Assembly: GCA_002351535.1 (NCBI GenBank)
Contig: DEGR01000048.1
Location: 21,214-85,213 of the forward strand
Length of the DNA stretch: 64,000 bases
Source of the DNA: Lachnospira sp. UBA2821
GTDB taxonomy: Bacteria > Bacillota > Clostridia > Lachnospirales > Lachnospiraceae
Direction: 5' to 3'
Positions 1 through 8,564 of the stretch are shown piece after piece. The translations under genes and the position numbers were made by a program. How positions within the stretch are numbered: position 1 is the first letter of the stretch; each line of letters begins with the position of its first letter. Under the pieces are notes generated by a model. That model saw only the letters and a program-made list of their open reading frames with translations, was not told where the DNA came from and did no database searches.

Positions 1-944
1 TTTCTATTATTCTTAGCATTCTTCATAAAACTCTCATCGATAATTTCTGTATTATGCTTATCTGCGTCCGGCTTTTTTTTGATATTGTTTCTATCTGTAT
101 GGTTTATCTTTTCTGCCAGTTTCCTTATGTATTCCGGAGTAGTTCCACAACATCCTCCAACTATATCTGCACCATACAATACCGTTTCACATTCCTTTTC
201 AGCAAAATATTCACTGTTTTTCATAAACACGATACGATTTTTAATAATCTTTGGATACCCTGCATTTGGTAAAGCTGATACATATTTATTCTCAGGGAAT
301 GTCACCTTTTCCATTATTGAATTAAGATGTGACGGACCAACGCCGCAATTAAATCCGATTCCGTCTATTTCATCAATATGTGAAGCCTCCTCTACAAGGC
401 GTCTTGCACTTCTTCCCGAATTGGTAAATCCATACTGATTAACACAAAACTGGACATGTATGTAAATATCACTCTGTTTTCTTATTTCTTTTATTACCTG
501 TTCAATATCATCTATAGCAGAAAATGTTTCAAATAATATCATATCAACATTTTCTTCTATACAAATCCGGGCAGCCCTCCGGTACTGCTCAAGTATTGTC
601 TCTGAATCTGAAACACCCGGATTGCTTATAGGACCTATATCTCCTGCTATATATACATCTTTTTCCCCGGCAGCAGTTCTGGCAAGCCGTATACCTGCTC
701 TTATATTCTCCGCAACCTCATCCTGACTGCATCCGAGCATCTGTCCGTTAGATGCAAATGTATTCGTTCTTATCAGCTTTGCACCTGCTTCTATATATTC
801 CTTATGTATAGCAATAACCTTATCCGGTTCTTCTGTATTTGCATTCTCAGCAATATCACACTTTCCACCGACAGAGGAATAATATGTGCCAAATGCTCCA
901 TCACATATAAGTATGTTATCATTTAAATACTGTCGTACATTCAT
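1..944 (-). CDS. Homocysteine S-methyltransferase family protein (probably YitJ-like HMT/MTHFR fusion); 3' end lies outside the window
   Basis: Not in the ORF track. Manual translation from ATG at 944 gives MNVRQYLNDNILICDGAFGTYY...VIAIHKEYIEAGAKLIRTNTFAS, with the DGA.GT and TNTF motifs of the HMT domain. A GGAG SD lies upstream. Confidence 0.85.
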   Translation of the reverse strand, partial: MNVRQYLNDNILICDGAFGTYYSSVGGKCDIAENANTEEPDKVIAIHKEYIEAGAKLIRTNTFASNGQMLGCSQDEVAENIRAGIRLARTAAGEKDVYIAGDIGPISNPGVSDSETILEQYRRAARICIEENVDMILFETFSAIDDIEQVIKEIRKQSDIYIHVQFCVNQYGFTNSGRSARRLVEEASHIDEIDGIGFNCGVGPSHLNSIMEKVTFPENKYVSALPNAGYPKIIKNRIVFMKNSEYFAEKECETVLYGADIVGGCCGTTPEYIRKLAEKINHTDRNNIKKKPDADKHNTEIIDESFMKNAKNNR

Positions 945-961
945 TAGTCATCTCTCTCCAT

Positions 962-2035
962 CTAAATAATTGATTCAATATATAAGTCTTTCTGAATTGA
1001 TAAGTCAATAAAATCCATTCCGCACTTTACGGTCGGTTTAGACATTCTATTCTTATTGATAAATACAATCTCTCCTTCCTTTCCATTGTTAAGCCTTACC
1101 CTGTTAAGAAGATATGTATTCTCAATATTATCAAGGAATGTAAGAAGATACTCCGTATCATATTTCTGATACCCCTCCTCTTCAAACATCGAGATAACTG
1201 CAAATGGACACATTGCATTTCTATATACTCTTGAGGCCGTCATTGCATCATATACATCTGCTATGGCAACAAGTCTTGCAAACCTGTCTGTTTCATTTCC
1301 TTTTAGCCCGCTGGGATAACCACTTCCATCGTATCTTTCATGATGCATAAGTGCAACATTCTTAATATGTTCATTAATATCCTGATTCTTAAGAATTTTA
1401 TATCCTTCTGTAGTATGACCTTTAATAATATCGTATTCCGCACTCGTAAGACTGCCCGGCTTCTGTATTATACTTTTGTCAATAGTAATCTTTCCAATAT
1501 CGTGTAACAGTCCGCATGCGGTTGCAATTCTCGTATCTTCATTGGAAAAATTAAGCCATCTTGAGAAAATATTACATATGAGTGCCACATTAAGACTATG
1601 AACATATGTTGCATCATCATAATCTCGCATATTCTGCATCATATCAAACACTGAAATCCTTGTCTCAAGAGAATCCATTGTATCCATAACCGGACTTAAC
1701 AATATATCAACATCCAACGAAATATTCTTCTCCACCATATCATTGATAGTATCTTTAAGCTTCTCAGTTGCCACATCAAACTTCTCTTTAAACTCTTTGA
1801 ATTCGGGACTTCCCTTAACCTTCTCATTATAAGACAGGTCCATCTCAACAGACTTTGTAAATACCTGTGATTCCTCATCTTCAACATCAATCCATAAAAG
1901 CTTATACTGATGAAGCTTTTCTATTGATTTGTCGGACATAATTAATCCTTTAGATGAGATAAGCTGTCCGGAAACAAATATATCTTTAGCAAGTATCATC
2001 CCAGGTTTCAAATCATCAATATATACCTTTCGCAT
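962..2035 (-). CDS. HD-GYP domain cyclic di-nucleotide phosphodiesterase
   Basis: LLHDIGK and HHERYDGSGYP motifs; AIADVYDAMT. Confidence 0.9.
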   Translation of the reverse strand: MRKVYIDDLKPGMILAKDIFVSGQLISSKGLIMSDKSIEKLHQYKLLWIDVEDEESQVFTKSVEMDLSYNEKVKGSPEFKEFKEKFDVATEKLKDTINDMVEKNISLDVDILLSPVMDTMDSLETRISVFDMMQNMRDYDDATYVHSLNVALICNIFSRWLNFSNEDTRIATACGLLHDIGKITIDKSIIQKPGSLTSAEYDIIKGHTTEGYKILKNQDINEHIKNVALMHHERYDGSGYPSGLKGNETDRFARLVAIADVYDAMTASRVYRNAMCPFAVISMFEEEGYQKYDTEYLLTFLDNIENTYLLNRVRLNNGKEGEIVFINKNRMSKPTVKCGMDFIDLSIQKDLYIESII

Positions 2036-2085
2036 ACTCTAACCTCTCTCCTTCGTACCTCATAATTATATATTATTTTCTCATA

Positions 2086-2130
2086 AAAAAAGGTTTTACG
2101 CAACAAAATTCTATTGCGTAAAACCTTTTT
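2086..2130. terminator. Intrinsic terminator hairpin (potentially bidirectional)
   Basis: aaaaaggttttacgcaa ... ttgcgtaaaaccttttt inverted repeat with A/T tails, just after the 2141 stop codon. Confidence 0.8.
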
Positions 2131-2140
2131 ATATTTAATA

Positions 2141-2968
2141 TTACATACCCATTTTTTTATATTTTGCTTTCTTTGCTGCTGAAGGAAGTTCAACTTTTGT
2201 ATGTAAATCATATTTAATATACACACCATCACTACATAGTCCGACAACACTGTAATCTGCCGCATTTAAATATAAATCTGCTGTCTCTGAATCAACTTTA
2301 ACTGAAAGAACTCTGCAATATGTATTTCCAAAATATTTATAGCCTTTAGCTTTTGCACTTTTAACATCAATATTCTCATCAGTAATTGTTATTTTAATGC
2401 TTCCATCATCATTATAATAATACCATTTATTATCAGACGTGCTGTGCCAGTACACTTTCTTTGCAACAGTATACATCTTATCACATCCTGTATCGGATAA
2501 TTTATTTTCCATATATACAAGATTCTTCTTAACATTCAATCCTATCTTTAATATAATATTCTTCTCACTTACTGACTTGCTATACAAAGACAATGTTCTG
2601 TAATTAGTTGTTTTAATCTCTTTATTGACTTTCGCTAATATATTCGCTGTGCTGAGAGCTTTTTTAACAACAACTTTACATGTTGCTTTTTTTGTACCGG
2701 CTTTCACTGTTATAACAGCTTTTCCCGCTTTCTTTGCTGATATAACTCCCTTCTTGTCAACTGTAGCTACACTCTTATTACTACTGCTCCACTTAAGTCC
2801 CTTTTTGATACCTGATGCTTTAAGTGTTGTCTTTCCGTTTGCATAAATTGTGATGCTCTTCTTGTTTAAGCTTACTGTTTTTGTAGCTGCCTGTGCACTC
2901 ACGGTACATAATGTAACAGCAATAAGCATCGCCATTACAGATACAATTAATCTGCTTACTTTTTTCAT
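2141..2968 (-). CDS. Secreted protein with N-terminal Big_2 (Ig-like) domain and uncharacterised C-terminal domain
   Basis: Signal peptide ending AQA; Big_2-like WSSSNKSVATVDKKGVISAKKAGKAVIT. Confidence 0.8.
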   Translation of the reverse strand: MKKVSRLIVSVMAMLIAVTLCTVSAQAATKTVSLNKKSITIYANGKTTLKASGIKKGLKWSSSNKSVATVDKKGVISAKKAGKAVITVKAGTKKATCKVVVKKALSTANILAKVNKEIKTTNYRTLSLYSKSVSEKNIILKIGLNVKKNLVYMENKLSDTGCDKMYTVAKKVYWHSTSDNKWYYYNDDGSIKITITDENIDVKSAKAKGYKYFGNTYCRVLSVKVDSETADLYLNAADYSVVGLCSDGVYIKYDLHTKVELPSAAKKAKYKKMGM

Positions 2969-3013
2969 ATTAATTTTTCCTTTCCTTTGACCTTTTTAAT
3001 TCTTCCACCCATT

Positions 3014-3613
3014 TTAATTAAGCTTGTACGTCTTCTTCTTTGCCTTCAGTACATTAGCAGGAATACTGATTTTTTTAGTAAGATTAACCTTTACTATATA
3101 ACCGTCAGATTCCATTCCAATCCACTGCTTATTCGCCTTGTTAAGATAGTATAACGTCTCTTCGTCACCATCTTTTACTTTAACCACAGTACACCTTTTA
3201 CCTGCGAATTTTTTGTCTGCCATCAATGTGCATTTAGCCTTTACAGGCACTTTGCCATATGATGTCTTAGGCATCTTTTTGACGTTCTGGTAAAACCATT
3301 TTTTACTTGCTGTATTATACCAGTACATTTTGTTTTTGTAATAATATGTCTTAGTAAGTCCCATCTTTGTACTGTCATTATAATAAATCTTTGATTTTGT
3401 GTTTATCGCATAACTGAATACAAGATTAGAAGACTTTATCTTTCCTCTATAACATTCAAAACTAAAATTACCGGATTTCGATATCTGGTTATTAATAGTC
3501 TTTACAGCCGTTGTTGCAGTTAACTTTCCGGCTGCATATGCTTCTACAGGATTGATAGAACAAATTGTTACAATTACCAACAACACACATAATACTTTTT
3601 TAATCTGTTTCAC
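3014..3613 (-). CDS. Secreted hypothetical protein, paralogue of the C-terminal domain of 2141..2968
   Basis: GTG start with GGAGG SD; signal peptide ending AYA; by-eye alignment to its neighbour. Confidence 0.75.
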   Translation of the reverse strand: MKQIKKVLCVLLVIVTICSINPVEAYAAGKLTATTAVKTINNQISKSGNFSFECYRGKIKSSNLVFSYAINTKSKIYYNDSTKMGLTKTYYYKNKMYWYNTASKKWFYQNVKKMPKTSYGKVPVKAKCTLMADKKFAGKRCTVVKVKDGDEETLYYLNKANKQWIGMESDGYIVKVNLTKKISIPANVLKAKKKTYKLN

Positions 3614-3766
3614 AAAAATACCTCCATTTTTAACATATGTACAGCTTCCAATACAATAATAATTTTATCATATAACAACTTTTTTAACAAGCTTAGCTTA
3701 TTCCACATCATTATAATATTTTTGTACTAATAATTCTAAACAAAACTACCGAATTGCAAAAAAATG

Positions 3767-3797
3767 TTGACATTAGTACTACTTTGGTGTTTATAAT
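3767..3797 (+). promoter_or_regulatory. Sigma70/SigA-like promoter with no downstream CDS
   Basis: TTGACA at 3767-3772 and TATAAT at 3792-3797. The 19-nt spacing is longer than optimal. Confidence 0.55.
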
Positions 3798-3802
3798 ATA
3801 CA

Positions 3803-3906
3803 TGTAAACAAAAACATAAACCCATATCGCATTTTTGTTTATAACACATCCACAAAATACTTTTTTATTTGCCGGTACATTTACCCATGTACCGGCTCTT
3901 TCTTTT
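3803..3906 (+). ncRNA. Candidate ~100-nt small RNA
   Basis: Lies between the promoter above and a plus-oriented terminator; internal 10-bp stem 3805-3814/3832-3841; the only early ATG is followed at once by TAA. Confidence 0.4.
3871..3906 (+). terminator. Intrinsic terminator, plus orientation
   Basis: Perfect 10-bp stem gccggtacat/atgtaccggc, 6-nt loop, followed by tctttctttt. There is no U-tract in the minus direction. Confidence 0.8.
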
Positions 3907-3919
3907 ATATTTCCACATT

Positions 3920-4470
3920 ATATACTCAACTTCCCACAGTGATAAATCATAAAAATATATGCTATATGTATGCATACGATATTAATATTGCAACTTGCCA
4001 TAAATTACTAATTTGTCGATGCCGTTTTCCGCTTATGTGATTATTTGTGTTCATTCGATATTGAACATCTACGCAAGGTGTGCGACTATTACACACACTC
4101 GATTTATGACGTGTCATGTGTGGGAGTTATGCCGTTCTACTGCTAAAGCCGGTGCGAAAAATACTCGTTCAAGCAAGAAAAATTATATCTTTATATAAAA
4201 TTAAATTGCGCGTTTGTATTTTTCGCACCGAATAAGCTCTGCAGTAGAATGGCATTTACTCCCACCCGACTAAGGAATTATGAGAGCGTTTGTAATAGCC
4301 GTACACTCTTGCATATCTGTTCACTTAACGAATGGACACAAAATTTAAGCGGAAATACGTCATCTGACAAATTCACGTAATTTATGCAAAATATTGCAAT
4401 ATTAATACTGATGCATACATACTCCCGTACTATAATATGTGATTTATCACCAAGGAAAGTTGAGTTATAT
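3920..4470. repeat. ~550-bp imperfect inverted repeat (long rod-like hairpin) of unknown function
   Basis: Co-linear complementary blocks, e.g. 3924-3932/4457-4465, 3939-3949/4440-4450, 3980-3993/4394-4407, 4129-4143/4241-4255, 4150-4164/4216-4230. Confidence 0.9.
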
Positions 4471-4477
4471 ATTATCT

Positions 4478-5386
4478 TTATTCTTTGTCTGACGAAATGT
4501 AATCAAGTTTTGGATTCTTCACAACTACTTTAGTATTCTCTGATACGGATTCTGTGATAAATGCATTTCCACCAACTACAGTTCCTTTTCCAACGGTTGT
4601 ATCACCACCAAGAATGGATGCTCCCGAATAAATAGTTACGTAGTCCTCTATATTAGGATGCCTTTTGGTTCCTTTAAGTGCCTGACCGCCTCTTGTTGAC
4701 AGACCTCCAAGAGTAACTCCCTGATATATCTTCACATGTTCACCAATGATAGTAGTCTCACCTATTACAATACCCGTACCATGGTCAATAAAGAAATATT
4801 TTCCTATAGAAGCTCCGGGATGTATGTCTATACCTGTCTTACTGTGTGCATGCTCTGTCATTATTCTTGGTATAAGAGGCACATTAAGAAGATACAGTTG
4901 ATGTGCTATCCTGCTGACCATAATCGCATAAACCCCCGGATATGAAAAAATTATTTCATCAAGGCTATACGCTGCAGGGTCTCCTTCATATGCAGCCTGG
5001 ACATCTGTATTTAAATATTCTATTATATCAGGTATTTTATTCATAAACTTATCCGTTATTACGTCGGCTTTCTGCTGCATCTGTTCATGATTCATTTTTT
5101 CCATATCAATATCATTACAACAACGATATGCCTTAACAATCTGACTGTTAAGAATATATTTTATACTTTCGCATATATCACCAACATAATATTTTATATA
5201 CTCGCTTTTTAACTTCTTCTGCTCAAAAAATCCCGGAAATAATATTTTTTGCATAAGGTCTATTACTTTTATTATTTCGTTTTTATTAATCAGAGCTCCT
5301 CTGTCTATCTTGGTTATCCCCTCGTATTTCTCATAACTATTTACAATTCCTGTAACAACATTATCAATATCCATATTAATCCTCAT
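4478..5386 (-). CDS. cysE: Serine O-acetyltransferase
   Basis: AAYEGDPAA, GIDIHPGASIG, FFIDHGTGIVIGET and KRHP hexapeptide-repeat motifs; likely start is the second Met (MDID). Confidence 0.93.
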   Translation of the reverse strand: MRINMDIDNVVTGIVNSYEKYEGITKIDRGALINKNEIIKVIDLMQKILFPGFFEQKKLKSEYIKYYVGDICESIKYILNSQIVKAYRCCNDIDMEKMNHEQMQQKADVITDKFMNKIPDIIEYLNTDVQAAYEGDPAAYSLDEIIFSYPGVYAIMVSRIAHQLYLLNVPLIPRIMTEHAHSKTGIDIHPGASIGKYFFIDHGTGIVIGETTIIGEHVKIYQGVTLGGLSTRGGQALKGTKRHPNIEDYVTIYSGASILGGDTTVGKGTVVGGNAFITESVSENTKVVVKNPKLDYISSDKE

Positions 5387-5625
5387 TTCGCTTTCCTACC
5401 TATATTTCATTAATTATTATACAAAGCAATTTTCCAAAAAACAACCCCTGCCGGACCACCCACTCTGATATAATTCATTATATACTACTATAGATGTGGA
5501 ATTAAATTAATGTGTGTGCTATAATGTTCTTTATTCGTAAAAAATGTATTAATGTACTTTCAGAATGCCATAAATGAAGTATTCTGAAAGCACATATTTT
5601 TCATAGGGAGGATATATAAAAGAAA

Positions 5626-7017
5626 ATGAAATCAAAATCGCAGTCTGCCTCCGGTGGACTAAATATTATTATTGTAGGTTGTGGAAAAGTTGGTATTGCC
5701 CTTATTGAGCAGCTCACGAAGGAAGGTCACGATATAACAATCATTGACAAGAACGCCCAGAAGGTACATACCTATACAAGTCTGTATGATATTATCGGTA
5801 TAACCGGTAATGGTGCAAGCTTTAGTGTACAGCAGGATGCCTGCATCGAATCGGCAGATCTGATAATTGCCGTTACCGGCTCAGATGAGCTTAACCTTCT
5901 ATGCTGTACTGTTGCAAAGCAGGTTGGTCACTGTGCCGCCATAGCAAGGGTAAGAACTCCGGATTACAGTGAAGAATCAGCTTATCTGCGTGAACAGTTA
6001 GGTCTTGCAATGATTATCAATCCGGATTATGAGACAGCTCACGAGATAACACGAATTCTGTCCCTGCCGACTGCACTTGAAGTCAACTCATTTGCACATG
6101 GTGATGCAGAGTTAGTTAAACTTAGAATTCCTGACGGCAATAAGCTTTGCGACCTTCATATATCTGAACTTAGCAGACATTTTTCTGCCAAATTCCTTAT
6201 ATGTGCTCTTGAGCGTGAGGGTGAGATTGAAATTCCATCTGGTAATACAATATTGAAAAGCGGAGATAAAATTTCTTTCGTTGCTACACGAAAAGAAGCC
6301 CGCAAATTCTTAAAACAACTTGGTTTTGCTTCACATCATGTAAAGGATACTTTAATAATAGGCGGTGGTAAAACTGCATATTACCTTGCTAAACAGCTTC
6401 TTGCACAGGGTATTGAAGTTAAAATCATTGAACAGGATACTAAACGCTGCGAAGAATTAAGCATTCTTCTTCCCGAGGCAATAATAATAAATGGAGATGG
6501 AACTGATGATGCCTTACTTAAGGAGGAGGGGATAGCAACATGTGAATCATTCGTTCCCCTTACCGGAATTGATGAAGAAAATGTTTTATTATCTTTGCAT
6601 GCCAAAAATATTTCTAATGCAAAAGCTATCACAAAGATAAACAGAAATACTTTTACTACAACAATAGACAGTCTCGACCTCGGAAGCGTTATATATCCTA
6701 AATATATAACTACAGAGGCTATCATAGCTTATGTCCGTGCGAAGAAAAATTCCATGAACAGTAACATAGAGACTCTTTATCATATGTTTAATTCAAGAGT
6801 TGAAGCAATAGAATTCAGAATTGAAAACAAATCTCCTGTCACAGGTTACACTTTAAGCACACTTTCACTTAAAGACAATCTGCTCATATGTTTCATTAAC
6901 AGAAATGGTCAGATTATCATACCAAGCGGACAGGATAGCATTAAAGTCGGTGATACGGTAATGATAGTTACAACTCATTCCGGTTTTAACGATATAGAAG
7001 ATATATTGCAGAAATAG
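5626..7017 (+). CDS. trkA: Trk potassium transporter NAD-binding subunit
   Basis: Two RCK_N domains (IIIVGCGKVG, LIIGGGKTA) each followed by RCK_C; adjacent to trkH. Confidence 0.93.
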   Translation: MKSKSQSASGGLNIIIVGCGKVGIALIEQLTKEGHDITIIDKNAQKVHTYTSLYDIIGITGNGASFSVQQDACIESADLIIAVTGSDELNLLCCTVAKQVGHCAAIARVRTPDYSEESAYLREQLGLAMIINPDYETAHEITRILSLPTALEVNSFAHGDAELVKLRIPDGNKLCDLHISELSRHFSAKFLICALEREGEIEIPSGNTILKSGDKISFVATRKEARKFLKQLGFASHHVKDTLIIGGGKTAYYLAKQLLAQGIEVKIIEQDTKRCEELSILLPEAIIINGDGTDDALLKEEGIATCESFVPLTGIDEENVLLSLHAKNISNAKAITKINRNTFTTTIDSLDLGSVIYPKYITTEAIIAYVRAKKNSMNSNIETLYHMFNSRVEAIEFRIENKSPVTGYTLSTLSLKDNLLICFINRNGQIIIPSGQDSIKVGDTVMIVTTHSGFNDIEDILQK

Positions 7018-7033
7018 AAAGGATCAGACTACG

Positions 7034-8494
7034 ATGAACAGCTCTATTATAAGATATGTGCTTGGACAGGTTCTGAAAGTTGAAGCTATGCTTCTGCTGC
7101 TTCCCTGTCTTATAGCATTAATATATCAGGAACAGGAAGGATTTGCATATTTATTTGTCCTTATATGTTCACTAATCGTCGGCATTGCCGCCACACACAA
7201 AAAACCTTCCAACTATGTATTTTACCTTAAGGAAGGCTGCGTTGCCACTTCACTAAGCTGGATTTTTCTAAGTATTGTAGGAGCACTTCCTTTTGTGCTT
7301 ACAGGGGAAATCCCATCATTTACAGATGCTTTATTTGAGACAATATCAGGTTTTACAACCACAGGTACAAGTATATTGAGTGATGTTGAAGCCCTTTCAA
7401 AATGCAATCTGTTCTGGAGAAGTTTTACACACTGGATTGGAGGAATGGGTGTACTTGTATTCATAATGGCAATACTCCCACTTAGTGGTGGTTCTAACAT
7501 CAACCTTCTTCGTGCAGAAAGCCCGGGACCATCGGTTGGAAAACTTGTACCTAAGATGAAATATACAGCACAGCTTTTATATGGTATATACTTTGGTATG
7601 ACATTTATACAGGTTATCCTTCTGTTATTTGGCAATATGTCACTCTTTGATTCACTCACCACTGCTTTCGGAACAGCCGGTACAGGCGGATTCGGAATTA
7701 AGAATGACAGTTTTATGAGTTACTCCCCTTATATACAATGGGTTGTAACTATATTTATGATATTATTCGGAGTCAACTTTAATGCATATTATTTTATACT
7801 CTTAAAACAGTGGAAAAAGATATTTAAGATTGAGGAAGTTCGTTGCTATTTTCTTATCATACTTGCCTCTACCGGAATAATATTTGCAAATATACTGCAT
7901 ATGTTTTCCAATGCTGCCACAGCTTTGAGACATGCAGCATTTCAGGTTGCATCGATAATTACTACCACAGGATTTTCTTCTGTTGATTTTGATAAGTGGC
8001 CTGAAACATCGAAAACAATACTTGTACTTCTTATGTTCATTGGAGCATGTGCAGGAAGTACAGGAGGAGGAATAAAAGTCTCAAGGTTTATTATATTATT
8101 TAAAACAGTGTTAAAAGAATTACATTCTTACATACATCCACGAAGTGTTAAAAAGATAAAAATGGATGGAAAGCCTGTCGAACATGAAGTTGTACGTTCT
8201 ATAAACGTATACTTTATAACATTTATTATTTTATTTGTAGCATCAGTATTTGCCGTATCTTTAGAAGGAAATGGTATGGTAACTTCATTTACGGCTGTTG
8301 CTGCTACAATTAATAATATCGGTCCCGGTCTTGAACTTGCCGGACCTACGCAGAATTTCTCATTCTTTACACCACTTTCAAAATATGTAATGATGTTTGA
8401 TATGCTTGCAGGAAGGCTTGAATTATTCCCACTTCTCATATTACTTCATCCCGGAGTATGGAAAGATTTCTTCAAAAAAAGAGTACAGAAATAA
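7034..8494 (+). CDS. trkH: Trk potassium uptake membrane protein
   Basis: Selectivity-filter motifs SGFTTTG, GTAGTGGF, ITTTGF, INNIGPG; GACAGSTGGG. Confidence 0.93.
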   Translation: MNSSIIRYVLGQVLKVEAMLLLLPCLIALIYQEQEGFAYLFVLICSLIVGIAATHKKPSNYVFYLKEGCVATSLSWIFLSIVGALPFVLTGEIPSFTDALFETISGFTTTGTSILSDVEALSKCNLFWRSFTHWIGGMGVLVFIMAILPLSGGSNINLLRAESPGPSVGKLVPKMKYTAQLLYGIYFGMTFIQVILLLFGNMSLFDSLTTAFGTAGTGGFGIKNDSFMSYSPYIQWVVTIFMILFGVNFNAYYFILLKQWKKIFKIEEVRCYFLIILASTGIIFANILHMFSNAATALRHAAFQVASIITTTGFSSVDFDKWPETSKTILVLLMFIGACAGSTGGGIKVSRFIILFKTVLKELHSYIHPRSVKKIKMDGKPVEHEVVRSINVYFITFIILFVASVFAVSLEGNGMVTSFTAVAATINNIGPGLELAGPTQNFSFFTPLSKYVMMFDMLAGRLELFPLLILLHPGVWKDFFKKRVQK

Positions 8495-8529
8495 TTAAAA
8501 TAATTATTATTAAAACAGCTATTATTAAG

Positions 8530-8564
8530 ACAGGAGTCAATGTTAAACATTGACTCCTGTTTTT
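8530..8564. terminator. Terminator between convergent trkH and GH5 gene
   Basis: Perfect 14-bp stem acaggagtcaatgt/acattgactcctgt followed by T-run; overlaps the GH5 stop codon. Confidence 0.8.

Noticed and set aside
4013-4198. 61-aa plus-strand ORF inside the long hairpin
   Set aside because: TTG start, no SD, Cys/His-rich unnatural composition, and it lies within one arm of the inverted repeat.
3920-4470. Identification of the rod as SRP RNA, 6S RNA or a hammerhead-bearing viroid-like element
   Set aside because: No SRP domain IV GGAA/CAGG motif, about three times the size of 6S, and no CUGAUGA...GAAA hammerhead core on either strand by eye.
4421-4475. Loose resemblance to a Firmicute dif site at the hairpin's right end
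   Set aside because: Neither the XerC nor the XerD arm fits the 11-6-11 consensus well; only scattered matches.
5440-5472. Minus-strand ATATCAGAGTGGGTGGTCCGGCA upstream of cysE, recalling a SAM-I 5' end or a T-box core
   Set aside because: The rest of either riboswitch (P2-P4 and P1 partner, or stem I and terminator) is absent, and there is too little space before the start codon.
5520-5625. Possible c-di-AMP (ydaO) riboswitch upstream of trkA
   Set aside because: Only a simple hairpin (ctttcagaat/attctgaaag) is present; the GCUGAAUC and GGGGG core motifs are missing.
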